From: Clostridia bacterium
GTDB taxonomy: Bacteria > Bacillota > Clostridia > UBA1381 > UMGS1253
NCBI GenBank assembly: GCA_045578865.1
Contig: JAZNLB010000003.1
Span: 559-64,558, forward strand
Direction: 5' to 3'
Length of the DNA stretch: 64,000 nt
A program made the translations under genes and the position numbers. Each line of letters opens with the position of its first letter. Position 1 is the first letter of the stretch. Below, one piece after another: positions 26,861 to 38,200 of this stretch. Under the pieces are notes generated by a model, which did no database searches, was not told the origin of the DNA, and saw only the letters and a program-made list of their open reading frames with translations.

Positions 26861-26935
26861 CATGCTTTCGCAGATTGACAAAATACAAATTATGGCATAC
26901 AATGGTGCTATATGGGTTAATAAGGGGAGAGTCAG

Positions 26936-28465
26936 ATGGGATTTTGGCCAAGAAAGGTACTTAGAGAGATAACGCATGCTTTGGGAAATGGCGCATACAA
27001 GAAAAAAGCAAAAAAATATCCGGAACTGTTTTTTACATTGAGAGAACTTTGCGTGCGCGCAGGATTGAACATGGAAAACACCGATGGGAATGTGCAGGCA
27101 AAACTGGACAAAACCGTTTCGTATGTATGCCGTTGGGGTGACAGATTTACAAAAGATTGCATCTGTGTGCAACTCTATGGAGACAGCGATGCGGAGATGA
27201 AACTGGCTACACAAAGCGGCGCTTTGGTTTGTGTGACCGACCATGGCATCGACGGGGTGGACTGTATTGTAGTTGAGCATCCGGAGATTGTTTATGCAGA
27301 TTTGTGTGCCATCCTTCGTGAAAATGCGAAGACGGAAGCCACAGTTGTTGTGGGTAGTATTGGTAAGACAACGACGAAGAAAATGATTGAATCGGTATAC
27401 CGCCAAGCGTTTTATACGATGTGCGATTCGGGAAATGATAATATATTAGATAGCGTGGGCTCAATTTGTCAGCACTTGCCGCGTAAGGCAAAGCAATATA
27501 TTGCGGAACTTTCCGAAGATACGCCCGGTTTGATTGAACAAATGTCGAAGATTACAAAACCGAGCATTGCCGTGATTGCAACGATTGATAAATCTCATAT
27601 TGAGCATTATGGCAGTGAAGAGAATATTTTCAACGAGTTTCGTTCCGTGACAAAATATATGCCTGAAGACGGAGTATGCATCATCGGTCTGGACCAACCG
27701 AATGCGAAGGCGTTGATTACGGACAAGCGTGTGATTTATGTTTCTGATAAAAATTCGGAGGCGGATTTTTGGGCATCCGATATTGCAGTAACGCCGTCAG
27801 GTCTTACATTTCATGTGCACGAAAAGGCAACCGGAAATGTCTATCCGGTAGAATTAATCAATGCATTTGCACACCATAATGTATCTACGGCACTTTTGGC
27901 ATTTGCCGCAGGCGTGGCAGCCGGTGTCGGTTATAAGCAAATCGTGGCCGGTTTGAAAACATACCGTGCGACGGGTATTCGCCAGAATGTATATAAGGCG
28001 GGCAGCAAAGTTGTTTATGCCGATTGCTATAATGCAGTTGCAAAATCCATTCGCTCTGCGATTTCAGGTGCACAGCAAATCCCGGTGCGTGGCAAGAAAA
28101 TTGCTGTGCTCGGTGATGTTGCTGAAGCAGGGGATTATACGGAATCGACACATATGGAAATTGCTGAAATTATCAATGCGTCCGATTTTGATGTTGTGAT
28201 GACTTTCGGTACGGAACTTAAAAAGGCATTGACAAAAACAAAGATGCGTGATGGTTTGCTGGTTTTGACCTTTGAAAAGCAAAAGGTAATGAACCGCGCG
28301 CTGAAAGCACAGGTGAAAAGCGGTGACCTCGTTTTGTTCAAAGCGAGTCACAGCGGGCATTTAAACAAATCGATTGCGGCAGTTTTTCCGTTTGCCTATA
28401 TGTATCAGGCAATCAAATATTATACCCCGCGTTTGATGTGGCATTTTAAGGTTATTTTAAACTAA
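26936..28465 (+). CDS. murF: Mur ligase family protein, MurF-like (UDP-MurNAc-tripeptide--D-Ala-D-Ala ligase)
   Basis: 509 aa, RBS AGGGGAG. ATP-binding P-loop VVGSIGKTTTKKM. Adjacent to ddl, as in other Firmicutes. The N-terminal ~100 aa are atypical. Confidence 0.6.
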   Translation: MGFWPRKVLREITHALGNGAYKKKAKKYPELFFTLRELCVRAGLNMENTDGNVQAKLDKTVSYVCRWGDRFTKDCICVQLYGDSDAEMKLATQSGALVCVTDHGIDGVDCIVVEHPEIVYADLCAILRENAKTEATVVVGSIGKTTTKKMIESVYRQAFYTMCDSGNDNILDSVGSICQHLPRKAKQYIAELSEDTPGLIEQMSKITKPSIAVIATIDKSHIEHYGSEENIFNEFRSVTKYMPEDGVCIIGLDQPNAKALITDKRVIYVSDKNSEADFWASDIAVTPSGLTFHVHEKATGNVYPVELINAFAHHNVSTALLAFAAGVAAGVGYKQIVAGLKTYRATGIRQNVYKAGSKVVYADCYNAVAKSIRSAISGAQQIPVRGKKIAVLGDVAEAGDYTESTHMEIAEIINASDFDVVMTFGTELKKALTKTKMRDGLLVLTFEKQKVMNRALKAQVKSGDLVLFKASHSGHLNKSIAAVFPFAYMYQAIKYYTPRLMWHFKVILN

Positions 28466-28480
28466 TATAGGGGAGAGAAA

Positions 28481-29407
28481 ATGAAAGAAAAGAAAATACT
28501 GGTGGTTATGGGCGGTTGTTCTTCAGAGCGCGAGGTTTCGCTGCGTAGCGGAGAAGCGATTTACAATGCGCTTGTTTCCATGGGCTATAATGCGAAAAAA
28601 TTTATACTTGATGAAAACAATGCCTGCAAAATTGCCGAGGAGGCACCGGATTTGTGCGTTCTTGTTTTGCACGGAAAAGGCGGTGAGGACGGCACCATTC
28701 AGGGCATGCTTGAACTGATGGGCATTCGCTATACAGGGTCGGGAGTTGCCGCAAGTGCAAACTGCATGAATAAAATCCTTGCAAAGCAGGTGCTTTCTTT
28801 TGAAAATATTCCGACGCCGGAGTTTTCGGTTATCCGTAAAGGTGAGGATGCAACACCGTTTGTGGAAAGTGTAGTTTCTCGATTCGGTTTTCCGCTCGTT
28901 GTCAAAGCGCCGTGTCAGGGTTCAAGCGTAGGTGTGGAAATTGTTCACACACGCGAGGATTTGCTGGGCGCGATTGAAAAAAATATTGTGTATGACGGCG
29001 AGATTTTGATAGAGCGATTTATTTGCGGTATGGAATTAACCGTGCCGGTGATGCAGGATGGGGATAAAACGATTGTATTTCCAATTGTGGAGATTGTTTC
29101 GGAAAATGCTTTTTATGATTTTGAATCAAAGTATACTGTTGGAATGAGCCGTCATATTATTCCGGCGCGCATTCCACCGGAGACTGCAAAAGAGATTGAA
29201 GTGTGTGCAGTAAAGGCCTATAAAGCTTTGGGATGCAAAGGCATTGCTCGGATTGATTTCTTTGTGGATGCTGACCTTGCGCCGTATGTGATTGAAATCA
29301 ACACCATCCCGGGCATGACAGCGACTTCGCTTGTGCCGGATTCTGCCAAGGCGGCGGGGATATCCTTTGAAGCGCTGGTAGAAAAAATGGTTTTACAGGT
29401 TTTATAA
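28481..29407 (+). CDS. ddl: D-alanine--D-alanine ligase
   Basis: 308 aa, ATP-grasp. GGCSSEREVSLRSG, HGKGGEDGTIQG, EINTIPGMT. Confidence 0.9.
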   Translation: MKEKKILVVMGGCSSEREVSLRSGEAIYNALVSMGYNAKKFILDENNACKIAEEAPDLCVLVLHGKGGEDGTIQGMLELMGIRYTGSGVAASANCMNKILAKQVLSFENIPTPEFSVIRKGEDATPFVESVVSRFGFPLVVKAPCQGSSVGVEIVHTREDLLGAIEKNIVYDGEILIERFICGMELTVPVMQDGDKTIVFPIVEIVSENAFYDFESKYTVGMSRHIIPARIPPETAKEIEVCAVKAYKALGCKGIARIDFFVDADLAPYVIEINTIPGMTATSLVPDSAKAAGISFEALVEKMVLQVL

Positions 29408-29416
29408 CATAAAAAT

Positions 29417-29450
29417 ACTTGCGGTGCATTGTTGCCGCAAGTGTTTTTTA
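29417..29450. terminator. Intrinsic terminator after ddl
   Basis: Stem acttgcgg / ccgcaagt followed by TTTTTTATTTT. Confidence 0.7.
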
Positions 29451-29762
29451 TTTTCCGTCCCACAAATATTTATTTAAATCCACGCAGCCGTCTTTTACCT
29501 CGATTCCCTCGTTTTGCAAAAGGCGGATTTGTTCGTTTTCGCCGCCGAATACAAAGGCGGGGGATACCGCACCGAAGCGGTTGACGACACGATAGCACTT
29601 AATGTTTTTCGGGTCCGGATTTGCATGTAGTGCATAGCCGACCACCTGCGACCAGTGCGGATTGCCTGCAAGGCGCGCAACCAAACCGTAAGTCGCTACT
29701 TTTCCGCGCGGTATGCGACGAACGATGTTATAAATTTTTTCAAAAGTATTTTGTTTTTCCAT
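29448..29762 (-). CDS. MGMT-family (methylated-DNA--protein-cysteine methyltransferase DNA-binding domain) protein
   Basis: Track ORF 29448-29924. I prefer the ATG at 29762 (MEKQNTFEKIYNIVRRIPRGKVATYGLVARLAG.. onward, 104 aa). The active-site region reads KCYRVV instead of the canonical PCHRV. Confidence 0.7.
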   Translation of the reverse strand: MEKQNTFEKIYNIVRRIPRGKVATYGLVARLAGNPHWSQVVGYALHANPDPKNIKCYRVVNRFGAVSPAFVFGGENEQIRLLQNEGIEVKDGCVDLNKYLWDGK

Positions 29763-29883
29763 AAAGTTCACCCTATTTAGTGTAGCACAAATGTATTCTT
29801 CTATGCAAGAGCGTAGGTTATTGAAGCGATGAAAAACAAAAAAACAAGGAAAAATACTCACTTGCGATGAAGTGAGTATTTTT

Positions 29884-31152
29884 TTATCTGATTTTTTCTG
29901 TCTTGTCCACCATGAGCTCTGCAAATATGCCGTAGCCTCGGGCGGGGTCGTTTACAAAGACATGCGTGATTGCACCGATGAGTTTGCCGTTTTGAAGTAT
30001 CGGACTGCCACTCATGCCTTGCACAATACCGCCGGTCAACTCCAGAAGTTCCGGGTCGGTCACGCGCAGCACCATCCCTTTTTCATCGCTTGCGGCGGTG
30101 AGCACGCGTTCGATGCACACATCAAATTCTTTTGCGTTTTTTCCGTCCGGTGCAAACCTTAACTTTGCTTCGCCTTCGCGGATTTCAAAGCGGCTTGCGA
30201 CAGAAACGGGAGAGGTTGCCGGTAAATTTTTGCTGTTCCAGATACCGTAAATACCTGCAGCGGAATTGGAAAGCACGCTGCCGTAATTGCCCGGTAAAAA
30301 TGTGCCGCAAAGTTGACCGGGGCTTCCTTTCTGGCCGCGTGTGACGGCGGTGACCTCGCAAGGGGAAACCGAACCGTCAAGCACGCTCATCAGTTGAGCG
30401 GTGTCGATGTCGGCGATACCATGCCCGAGTGCTGCATACACGCCCTTATCCGGCCGGACGAATGTGAGCGTGCCAAGACCTGCCGTGCTGTCACGCACCC
30501 AGGCGCCGATTTTGATGCCGCTGTGTGTATGCGCGGGAACGATGCTAAGGTTGTTTTTTTCACCAGCGCGCACATACTCGAGTGTAACTTCGGCAGAGCC
30601 GATTTGTCCGAGCAGTTCAGAAAAATGATCTGCATCCACAATTTTTTGACCGTTTAAACTTAAAAGCACATCACCGGTTTGCAGACCTGCAGCCTTGGCG
30701 GGAGAGGCGCTTTTTCCGTTTGTGTCCGTAATATCGGTAAGCGCAACTACCAAAACGCCGTCGGTATAAATGCGGATGCCCAGACTTTCGCCACCGGGAA
30801 TAACTGTGCATGTATCATACACGCTGACCGCTACTTTTTTCAAGGGCAGAAAACCGAACAGTTTTACATCGAGATTGTACTCGCCGACGGTACTTGTATC
30901 CAATACGATTCCCTTGTTTTGCGCGGCAGATAATGAGTTATAAACGGCGGAAATTTTATCCGGCTGCCTGTTTGCCGTAAGCGGCAAAGCCATGGATGCG
31001 TCTTTGGAAACGCAAATTCTGTCAGGGAGTGTGCGATACACGCACAGCGCGCCGAGGGCAAACGGCGACAAAAGCAGAGCAACTGCACATAGGCAGGACA
31101 AAAGGCGTTTAAAACGCAATTCTATCACATCCCGAACAGAAAATTGAAGCAA
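29884..31152 (-). CDS. spoIVB: SpoIVB peptidase (stage IV sporulation protein B, S55)
   Basis: 422 aa. N-terminal anchor, PDZ region (GLQTGDVLLSLNG), and catalytic His (AALGHGI) and Ser (GMSGSPI) blocks. Confidence 0.85.
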   Translation of the reverse strand: MLQFSVRDVIELRFKRLLSCLCAVALLLSPFALGALCVYRTLPDRICVSKDASMALPLTANRQPDKISAVYNSLSAAQNKGIVLDTSTVGEYNLDVKLFGFLPLKKVAVSVYDTCTVIPGGESLGIRIYTDGVLVVALTDITDTNGKSASPAKAAGLQTGDVLLSLNGQKIVDADHFSELLGQIGSAEVTLEYVRAGEKNNLSIVPAHTHSGIKIGAWVRDSTAGLGTLTFVRPDKGVYAALGHGIADIDTAQLMSVLDGSVSPCEVTAVTRGQKGSPGQLCGTFLPGNYGSVLSNSAAGIYGIWNSKNLPATSPVSVASRFEIREGEAKLRFAPDGKNAKEFDVCIERVLTAASDEKGMVLRVTDPELLELTGGIVQGMSGSPILQNGKLIGAITHVFVNDPARGYGIFAELMVDKTEKIR

Positions 31153-31251
31153 TCAGACTTCGTTTTTAATGTAACCGTCGGTGGCGTGTTTATGTGTTAT
31201 AAAACCATACAAAATTCCTAAAAAATGCTAACTGGTATTTGTCATGCTACC

Positions 31252-31280
31252 TTGACAAAGTTTAAAAATTTGTATATAAT
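31252..31280 (+). promoter_or_regulatory. Sigma-A type promoter driving the FMN riboswitch / ribU
   Basis: TTGACA (31252-31257), 17 nt, TATAAT (31275-31280). Confidence 0.65.
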
Positions 31281-31292
31281 AAATATAGAGAA

Positions 31293-31425
31293 ATCTTCAG
31301 GGTTGGGTGCAATTCCCTACCGGCGGTAAAAATTGGTTTTTTAAAAATCAGTTCAAGCCCGCGAGTCGAAAGACTGACTCGGTGTGATTCCGAGGCCGAC
31401 GGTAAAGTCCGGATGAAAGAAGATA
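31293..31425 (+). promoter_or_regulatory. FMN riboswitch (RFN element)
   Basis: Conserved RFN blocks: tcttcagggttgggtgcaattccctaccggcggta ... agcccgcgag ... tcggtgtgattccgaggccgacggtaaagtccggatgaaagaaga. P1 pairs tcttc with gaaga. Followed by a T-rich tract and a weak hairpin, ccctg..caggg plus T-run (31447-31471). Confidence 0.9.
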
Positions 31426-31513
31426 TGTTTTTTCTTTTTTTGTGTGCCCTGTGATTTTTCAGGGTTTTTTTAAATTTTTCGCATCAGCGAAAGCAACGGA
31501 GGGAGAAAAAACA

Positions 31514-32101
31514 ATGAAAAAAATCACAGTAAGAACAATTACGGTGGTAGCGATGCTGTCTGCGGTGTCGGCGGTGCTTATGATGTTGCAAATAAAGTTT
31601 CCGTTTATGCCATCGTTCATTTCATTTGATGTTTCGGATATGCCGCCGCTTTTGGCGAGTTTCGCACTCGGTCCGATATGGGGCGTTGTGGTATGTCTGA
31701 TTAAAAATGTTCTGCATGCTTTGTCGTCTAGCACGGGCGGCGTGGGTGAGCTTTCGAATTTCATTATCAGCAGCGCTTTTGTTTTCGTGGCAGGTTGGAT
31801 TTATGATCGGATAAAAACGCGGAAGGGCGCAATCGTCAGTTCCGTAATCGGTGCGTTGGCATCTGCGGTGCTGTGCGTATTTTCAAATTATTTTATTATT
31901 TACCCGTTGTTTGGATTGATTGGTTGGAAACAGGAAATAATCTTGGGTGCGTATCAAATGATTTTGCCGTGGGTCAGCAATATGTGGCAGGCACTTTTCA
32001 TTTTTAATTTGCCGTTTACTTTTGTCAAAGGGCTTTGTTGTGCATTGATTGCGTTTGCAATTTATAAACCGCTTTCGCCGGTGATGAAAGGCAGAAGGTA
32101 G
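31514..32101 (+). CDS. ribU: Riboflavin transporter, ECF S-component
   Basis: Track ORF 31442-32101. ATG at 31514 after GGAGGGAG. MKKITVRTITVVAMLSAVSAVLMMLQIKFPF.. with a multi-TM ECF-S pattern. Located downstream of the FMN riboswitch. Confidence 0.85.
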   Translation: MKKITVRTITVVAMLSAVSAVLMMLQIKFPFMPSFISFDVSDMPPLLASFALGPIWGVVVCLIKNVLHALSSSTGGVGELSNFIISSAFVFVAGWIYDRIKTRKGAIVSSVIGALASAVLCVFSNYFIIYPLFGLIGWKQEIILGAYQMILPWVSNMWQALFIFNLPFTFVKGLCCALIAFAIYKPLSPVMKGRR

Positions 32102-32139
32102 TAGGTTACATAGTTAGTATAGCCGAAGGGGGAAAAGAT

Positions 32140-33147
32140 ATGAGAATTATTGTAGATGCCATGGGCGGTGACGCATCGCCGAAAGCACAACTGGAGGGTG
32201 CACTTCGCGCCGTTCGTGAGCTTGGATTGGAAGTGGCTTTGGTGGGCGATAGCGACTTGATTGACGGCTATATGACAGCGATGGGAGAAGAAAAACCGGA
32301 AGGGCTTACATTGGTGCATGCCTCTGAAGTGATTACCAATGATGAAGATCCGGCATTTGCGCTCAGAAGAAAAAAGGATGCCTCTATTGTGGTGGCGGCA
32401 AATATGCTTAAAAACGGCGAGGGTGATGCGTTGGTTTCTACCGGCTCTACCGGCGGCGTGTTGTGTGCAGGGCTTTTAATCGTCGGCAGAATTCCGGGCG
32501 TGCAACGACCGGCGCTTGCGCCGGTGTATCCGACGCAGCGTGGCTATGGAGTGCTGATAGATTGCGGTGCCAATGCGGATTGTAAGCCGCAGTATTTAGC
32601 GCAATTCGGTGTGATGGGCAGCATCTATGCCGCAGCTGTTTTGGGAAAAAAGGATGCAAAAGTTGCGCTGATTAACAACGGCACGGAGGAGCATAAGGGC
32701 AGCACGCTTTATAAAGAAGCGCATGCGCTTTTAAAGCGGGCGCCGATTCATTTTATCGGCAACATGGAGGGCCGAGATGTGATGAGTGGCGAAGCTGATG
32801 TTTTGGTGTGCGACGGCTTTACGGGAAATGTCATTTTAAAGGTCATTGAAGGTGTGTCATCTACACTTTTAAAGAATGTTAAGAGTGCGATGATGAGTAC
32901 ACTTAAAACTAAAATCGGTGCGCTTTTGGCAAAAGATGCTTTTAAGAGTTTGAAAAAAAAGATGGATTATTCCGAGCACGGCGGTGCGCTGTTGCTCGGC
33001 ACAAAGTATCCGATTGTAAAAGGACACGGCGCGTCTGATGCAAAAGCTGTTTTTAGTGCAATTCGTCAGGCAGCGCGTATTGTGGAAGCGGATATCGTGC
33101 GTAAAATTGCAGCAGAAATCGAAAAAATGGCGGAAACGAATGCTTAA
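32140..33147 (+). CDS. plsX: Phosphate acyltransferase
   Basis: 335 aa. MRIIVDAMGGD start and GFTGNV block. Confidence 0.9.
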   Translation: MRIIVDAMGGDASPKAQLEGALRAVRELGLEVALVGDSDLIDGYMTAMGEEKPEGLTLVHASEVITNDEDPAFALRRKKDASIVVAANMLKNGEGDALVSTGSTGGVLCAGLLIVGRIPGVQRPALAPVYPTQRGYGVLIDCGANADCKPQYLAQFGVMGSIYAAAVLGKKDAKVALINNGTEEHKGSTLYKEAHALLKRAPIHFIGNMEGRDVMSGEADVLVCDGFTGNVILKVIEGVSSTLLKNVKSAMMSTLKTKIGALLAKDAFKSLKKKMDYSEHGGALLLGTKYPIVKGHGASDAKAVFSAIRQAARIVEADIVRKIAAEIEKMAETNA

Positions 33148-33258
33148 TTTTCTATGAAAATCTTAAAAAAACTTGACAAAAAGCTCCATATTTGGTATAT
33201 ACATTAAATAAGGTATGATATTTGTACCGATTCAGCAGGAAAATGGAGGGAAAACCAA

Positions 33259-33480
33259 ATGACATTTGAAAAAATTAGAGGAATTATTGCTGAACAACTT
33301 GGCATAGATGCAGAAACGATTACGATGGAATCTTCCTTTGTAGATGACTTGGGCGCAGACTCGCTCGATATTGTCAGCTTGATTATGGCAATGGAAGAGG
33401 AGTTCGGCATTGAATTTGCCGAGGAAGATACGGATAAAATCAGAACAGTGGGCGATGCTGTGAACTACATTGCTGATTAA
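33259..33480 (+). CDS. acpP: Acyl carrier protein
   Basis: 73 aa with the phosphopantetheine attachment motif DLGADSLD. Confidence 0.9.
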   Translation: MTFEKIRGIIAEQLGIDAETITMESSFVDDLGADSLDIVSLIMAMEEEFGIEFAEEDTDKIRTVGDAVNYIAD

Positions 33481-33491
33481 GTTGCGTTGAG

Positions 33492-33518
33492 AGCAAAGGG
33501 TTTCCCCTTTGCTTTTTA
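33492..33518 (+). terminator. Intrinsic terminator/attenuating hairpin after acpP
   Basis: Stem agcaaaggg / ccctttgct with loop tttc, followed by TTTTT. Confidence 0.65.
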
Positions 33519-33534
33519 CTTTATGGAGGAAAAA

Positions 33535-34227
33535 ATGGAAAAAACAAAGATTGCGGCTTTTGAAAAAGAAATCGGCTATACATTTAAAGACAAAAAGTTG
33601 CTTGTTTTGGCACTGACACACTCGTCGTATGCCAATGAGAACGGCCTTGCAAAAACAATGTGCAATGAGCGATTGGAATTTTTGGGCGATGCCATTGCGG
33701 ATATGGTGGCAAGTGATTGCCTGTTTCGCAAAATGCCGGGCAGTCAAGAGGGCGTGCTGACGAAAACGCGTGCCCGTGTGGTTTGTGAGGCATCTTTTGC
33801 CAAACTGGCAAGCGAGATGGGTTTTGGAGAGTATATCTTGCTTGGCCGTGGCGAGCAGGCGAGCGGCGGGAACAAGCGTGCTTCGGTGTTGGCGGACTGC
33901 TTTGAGGCAGTGGTGGCGGCAATTTATCTCGATGGCGGCATAGAGTGTGCGTTCGCGTGGACGAAGGCGCGCTTGGAGCCGATGCTGATTTTGGCAAGCG
34001 AAGGCAAAGCAGGTAAGGATTTTAAAACGCTTTTGCAGGAAACTACGCAAAAGGGCAAGAGCGGCAAAGTGACTTACCGTCTGATAGACGAGCATGGCCC
34101 CGATCATGCAAAGGTTTTTACGGTGCAGGTGTGTGTAGACGATCGGTGTGTTGCCGAAGGTAGGGGCACCAGCAAAAAAGATGCCGAGCAGGCAGCTGCC
34201 GCAGCGGCATTGAAGCTGTATGAGTAA
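33535..34227 (+). CDS. rnc: Ribonuclease III
   Basis: Track ORF 33487-34227. ATG at 33535 after GGAGGA. RNase III signature NERLEFLGDA and a C-terminal dsRBD. Confidence 0.9.
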   Translation: MEKTKIAAFEKEIGYTFKDKKLLVLALTHSSYANENGLAKTMCNERLEFLGDAIADMVASDCLFRKMPGSQEGVLTKTRARVVCEASFAKLASEMGFGEYILLGRGEQASGGNKRASVLADCFEAVVAAIYLDGGIECAFAWTKARLEPMLILASEGKAGKDFKTLLQETTQKGKSGKVTYRLIDEHGPDHAKVFTVQVCVDDRCVAEGRGTSKKDAEQAAAAAALKLYE

Positions 34228-35224
34228 GGGAAAAAGAAAAGTAAATATTCCTATTTTTGTGCCACATCAGGGATGTAGGCATCAATGCAGTTTTTGTAAT
34301 CAAAAAGCGATTACGGGCGTACAAGAAACGGTGACGGCGCAGTCAGTGTGTGAATGTATTGAAAAAGCGCTTGGAAGCATTACAAGGGAAAATACGCACG
34401 CAGAGGTCGCCTTTTTCGGTGGGAGTTTTACGGCGATTGATGCTTGCTTGCAAGAAGAATTGCTCGGTGCGGCATTGCCTTTTTTGTCTGCAAGGCAAAT
34501 AGACGGAATTCGCATATCCACTCGACCGGACTGTATAGACACGCAGGTGGTTAATCGCCTTTTGCGCTACGGTGTAACGAGCGTGGAACTCGGCGCACAG
34601 TCGTCGTCCGATGTAGTTTTGGAAAAAAACAGGCGCGGACACACCTTTGCGGATGTGCGTGCAGGTACGGCGCTTTTGCGCGACGCCGGGTTTGAGGTTG
34701 GTTTGCAGATGATGCTTGGCTTACCCGGGTCGGACGCACAAACAGATTTGCAGACGGCGCGTGATTTGGCGGCGCTTATGCCGGATACAACGCGAATTTA
34801 TCCGACGGTGGTGCTTCGCAACAGTGCGCTGTGTGACTTGTATGAAAGTGGTCGGTACATACCGCTTGAACTGGAGGATGCGGTAACGCGAGCGGCGCAG
34901 GCATATATGGTGTTTAAGCAAGGGGGCGTGCGTGTGCTGCGTATGGGGTTGATGGCTTCGGAGTCCTTCTTTCAAAACGCTGTGGCGGGCATTGTACATC
35001 CGGCATTCGGCGAATTGGTATTTTCCAGATTATATCTTTGGAAAATGCAAGAGGTGCTTGCCGGAAAAACCGGCGGAGAAATCACATTTTATGTGCATCC
35101 GGGCGAAGTGTCGAAGGCGCTGGGCAACAAGAAGGAAAACAAAAAACGCATTTTCAGTGAACAAGGTGTAAACATTCGAATAAAAGAGAATGAAACAGTT
35201 GAATCCGGCGAGATTTTATGGTAG
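34220..35224 (+). CDS. Radical SAM protein (ELP3/MiaB-like family, function unassigned)
   Basis: 334 aa. CxxxCxxC cluster motif in [16 protein letters not shown]. Conserved position between rnc and smc. Confidence 0.75.
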   Translation: MSKGKRKVNIPIFVPHQGCRHQCSFCNQKAITGVQETVTAQSVCECIEKALGSITRENTHAEVAFFGGSFTAIDACLQEELLGAALPFLSARQIDGIRISTRPDCIDTQVVNRLLRYGVTSVELGAQSSSDVVLEKNRRGHTFADVRAGTALLRDAGFEVGLQMMLGLPGSDAQTDLQTARDLAALMPDTTRIYPTVVLRNSALCDLYESGRYIPLELEDAVTRAAQAYMVFKQGGVRVLRMGLMASESFFQNAVAGIVHPAFGELVFSRLYLWKMQEVLAGKTGGEITFYVHPGEVSKALGNKKENKKRIFSEQGVNIRIKENETVESGEILW

Positions 35225-35270
35225 AATATACTTATGATATTCTACCATTTTTTTGGCAGATAAGGGGAGA

Positions 35271-38200
35271 ATGGCTTTGTATTTAAAAAGCATAGAACTT
35301 GTGGGATTTAAGTCTTTTGCAGACAAGACAATTTTAAATTTTGAGCCGGGTGTAACGGGCGTTGTAGGTCCGAACGGCAGCGGTAAAAGTAACATTTCCG
35401 ATGCAATTCGTTGGGTTATGGGCGAAATGAGCGCCAAGGCTCTGCGCGGCGGCAATATGCAAGATGTTATTTTTAACGGCACGGAAAAGCGAAAGCCGCT
35501 CGGCTATGCACAGGTGAGTCTGACTCTGGATAATAGCAATCGTGCTTTCTGTGTGGATTTTGATGAGGTTTGCGTTTCCAGGCGCGTATATCGCTCCGGA
35601 GAAAGTGAATACTATATTAATGGCGCACAATGCCGTTTAAAAGACATCCATGAACTGTTTATGGATACAGGCCTCGGCCGTGAAGGATATTCCATCATCG
35701 GACAGGGCAAGGTCAGCGAGATTGTGTCGGGCAAGAACGAGGAACGCCGAATTATGTTAGATGAGGCCTCCGGCATTTCCAAATACCGTCACCGCAAAGA
35801 AGAGGCACAGCGTAAATTGGGGCATACAGAAGAAAACCTTGTGCGTATCCGCGATATTGTGACAGAGCTGGAAACGCAGGTAGAACCGCTGTTTAAGCAG
35901 AGCGAAAAGGCGAAAAAATATCTCAACTTGCGTGAATCTCTTAAAAAAATTGACCTCAATTTATTCATCCGTTCGACAGACCGCCTAAAAAAAGACGGGG
36001 ACGAAACGGACAAGAATTTTATTATCGTGACAGAGCAACTGACGCAGGCGCAGGGTGCTTATTCCGAAACGGAACGAAAAATTGAAGAAGAAAATACAAA
36101 GGCAGATGCACAGGAGCACCTTGCCTTGCAGTTGCATACGCAAAGCACGGATACGGAGGTTGTCATCCGAGAGTATTTGGGCGAAATCGAAGTTTTGCGC
36201 CAGAAAGTTGAATCGGGTAAGACTGCTTCGGGCAGAAGTGCGGCGGATGTGCAGAATTTAAAGACACGCTTGCAGGCGGCGCAGGAAAATCATGCGGGCA
36301 TTGAGGGTGAACGCCGTGCGCTGGAAGAGCAGCTTGATGCAAAGAAAAAAGAACTTGCGGATTTAGAGCAGGAGAGCAGAGCGGCGGCACAGCAGTATGA
36401 AACGCATGTGCGCTCCATCAATGATGCCAAAAGCGATATGATTGAAAAACTAAATGCGATTGCAGAACTCAAGGCGAAACTGAGTTCTTACGAGGCGTTT
36501 AAGACGGGCTTTGCAGAGCGCAAACAGGCGCTTTTGCAGACGCAGGCAGTGGGAGAACAGACAATAGCGGCGCTCCGGGAAAAGAAGGAACGGGCGGAGA
36601 CTCTGTTACTCAAAAAGCAAGAAGAAATTGTAGAAATGGAAAAGGAAATTTCCGTTCTGGAGCGTGATATTCTGATTCGTGACGGCGAATTTGCGGCGGC
36701 GGAATTTGCGCGCATTGGAGCAACGGAGACGCTCGGGAAAAAGGCATCCCGCTTGTCGATGCTGCGTGAAATGGAAAAGGATTTTGAAGGCTTTAATCGC
36801 AGCGTAAAAGGTGTGCTGGAAGCATACGGCCGCGGCGAATTAAAGCAGGTGAGTCTGCACGGGGCACTTTCTGCTTTGATTGAAGTGGAACCCAAAGCGG
36901 TGATTGCGATTGAAACCGTGCTCGGTGCGGCGGCGCAAAACATCGTCGTAGAAACCGAAGAAGATGCCAAAGCAGCCATTGCTTATTTAAAGCAAAACAA
37001 ACTCGGCAGAGTAACATTTTTGCCTGTATCTTCGGTAAAGGGGATGCAGCTAGAGGAAGAAAAAGAAGTAAAGAACATGCGTGGTTTTGTGGCGATGGCA
37101 GATGCTATGGTGAGCACCGATGTTCACTTTAAACAGATTATTTCGCATTTGCTCGGAAAAACCGTTGTAGTGGACAGTATGGATAATGCGATTGCCATCA
37201 GCCGCAAATTCGGGTATCGTTTCCGCATAGTTACGCTTGAAGGCGAAGTGCTCAATGCCGGCGGTGCGATTACGGGCGGCAGTGTAAATAAGCACACGGG
37301 ACTTTTAAGCCGTGCAGGTGAAATTAAGACTTTGGAAAAAGAAGCTGCTGAGTTTCAAAAGAAAGTCGATGCGGCGGACGAACAGATGAAGGTAATAAAA
37401 GCGGCGATTGCTTCGCTTGAGGAAAACAAGGCGGAAAAAGCGCAGGCGATTAATCTTGCCCGCCAGGAAAGCGTGCGTCTGAGGGCGGATGCCGATTATG
37501 CGGCGCAGGAGCTGGATAGCGGTGAAAATGCAGTAGCAGCGGCAGAACTCGAAAAAGAACAAATCGAATTGCAGATGAAACAGACCAACGACAACATTGC
37601 GCTGGTTATCAATCAGATTACCTCCAATGAGTTTGCGGTAGAAGCCACCAATAAAACCATCACCGAGATGGAGGCCGGTCTTGCGGATTGTGAGGCGGCG
37701 CGCGCTTTGGCCGGCGAGGCGGTAGCGGACAAACAAATTGAAATTACGAGCATCGGTCGTGATGTTTTTGCGCTCAGACAGCGTGCGGCGGATGTGCTTA
37801 TGCAAATCGGCGAGGTTGCACGGGATATTGAAAGCCGTGAGGCTGATATTCGTGCAAACGACGATGCGGCGGTTCAAATGCTTGGTCAAATTGAGCAAAA
37901 ACAGGCGCTTGTAGAAGAAACGAAGAAGAAGTCCGAGCAGATTTATGCAGACATTGATGCGGCAAACAAAGCGCGTGCGGCAGCGAAGGCGGCGGCAGCG
38001 CAACTTATGGAGGATAGCAAGGAGGCGCGCGAAAAGATTTTTGCGCTTCGCGAAGAGCAAAACCGAATCAATGCGCGCCGCATAAAGATTTCCGAAGAAT
38101 TGGAAACACTTTCCGAACGCATCTGGGAGGAATACGAACTGACCTATTCCGCTGCACTCGAATATAAGGCGGAAATCGGCACGGTGACCGAGGCACAAAA

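Noticed and set aside
31426-31513. Exact expression platform of the FMN riboswitch.
   Set aside because: The T-rich tract at 31428-31441 and a weak 5-bp hairpin plus T-run (31447-31471) could form a terminator. The stem is too short for me to call it confidently without folding calculations, so it is mentioned only in the riboswitch evidence.
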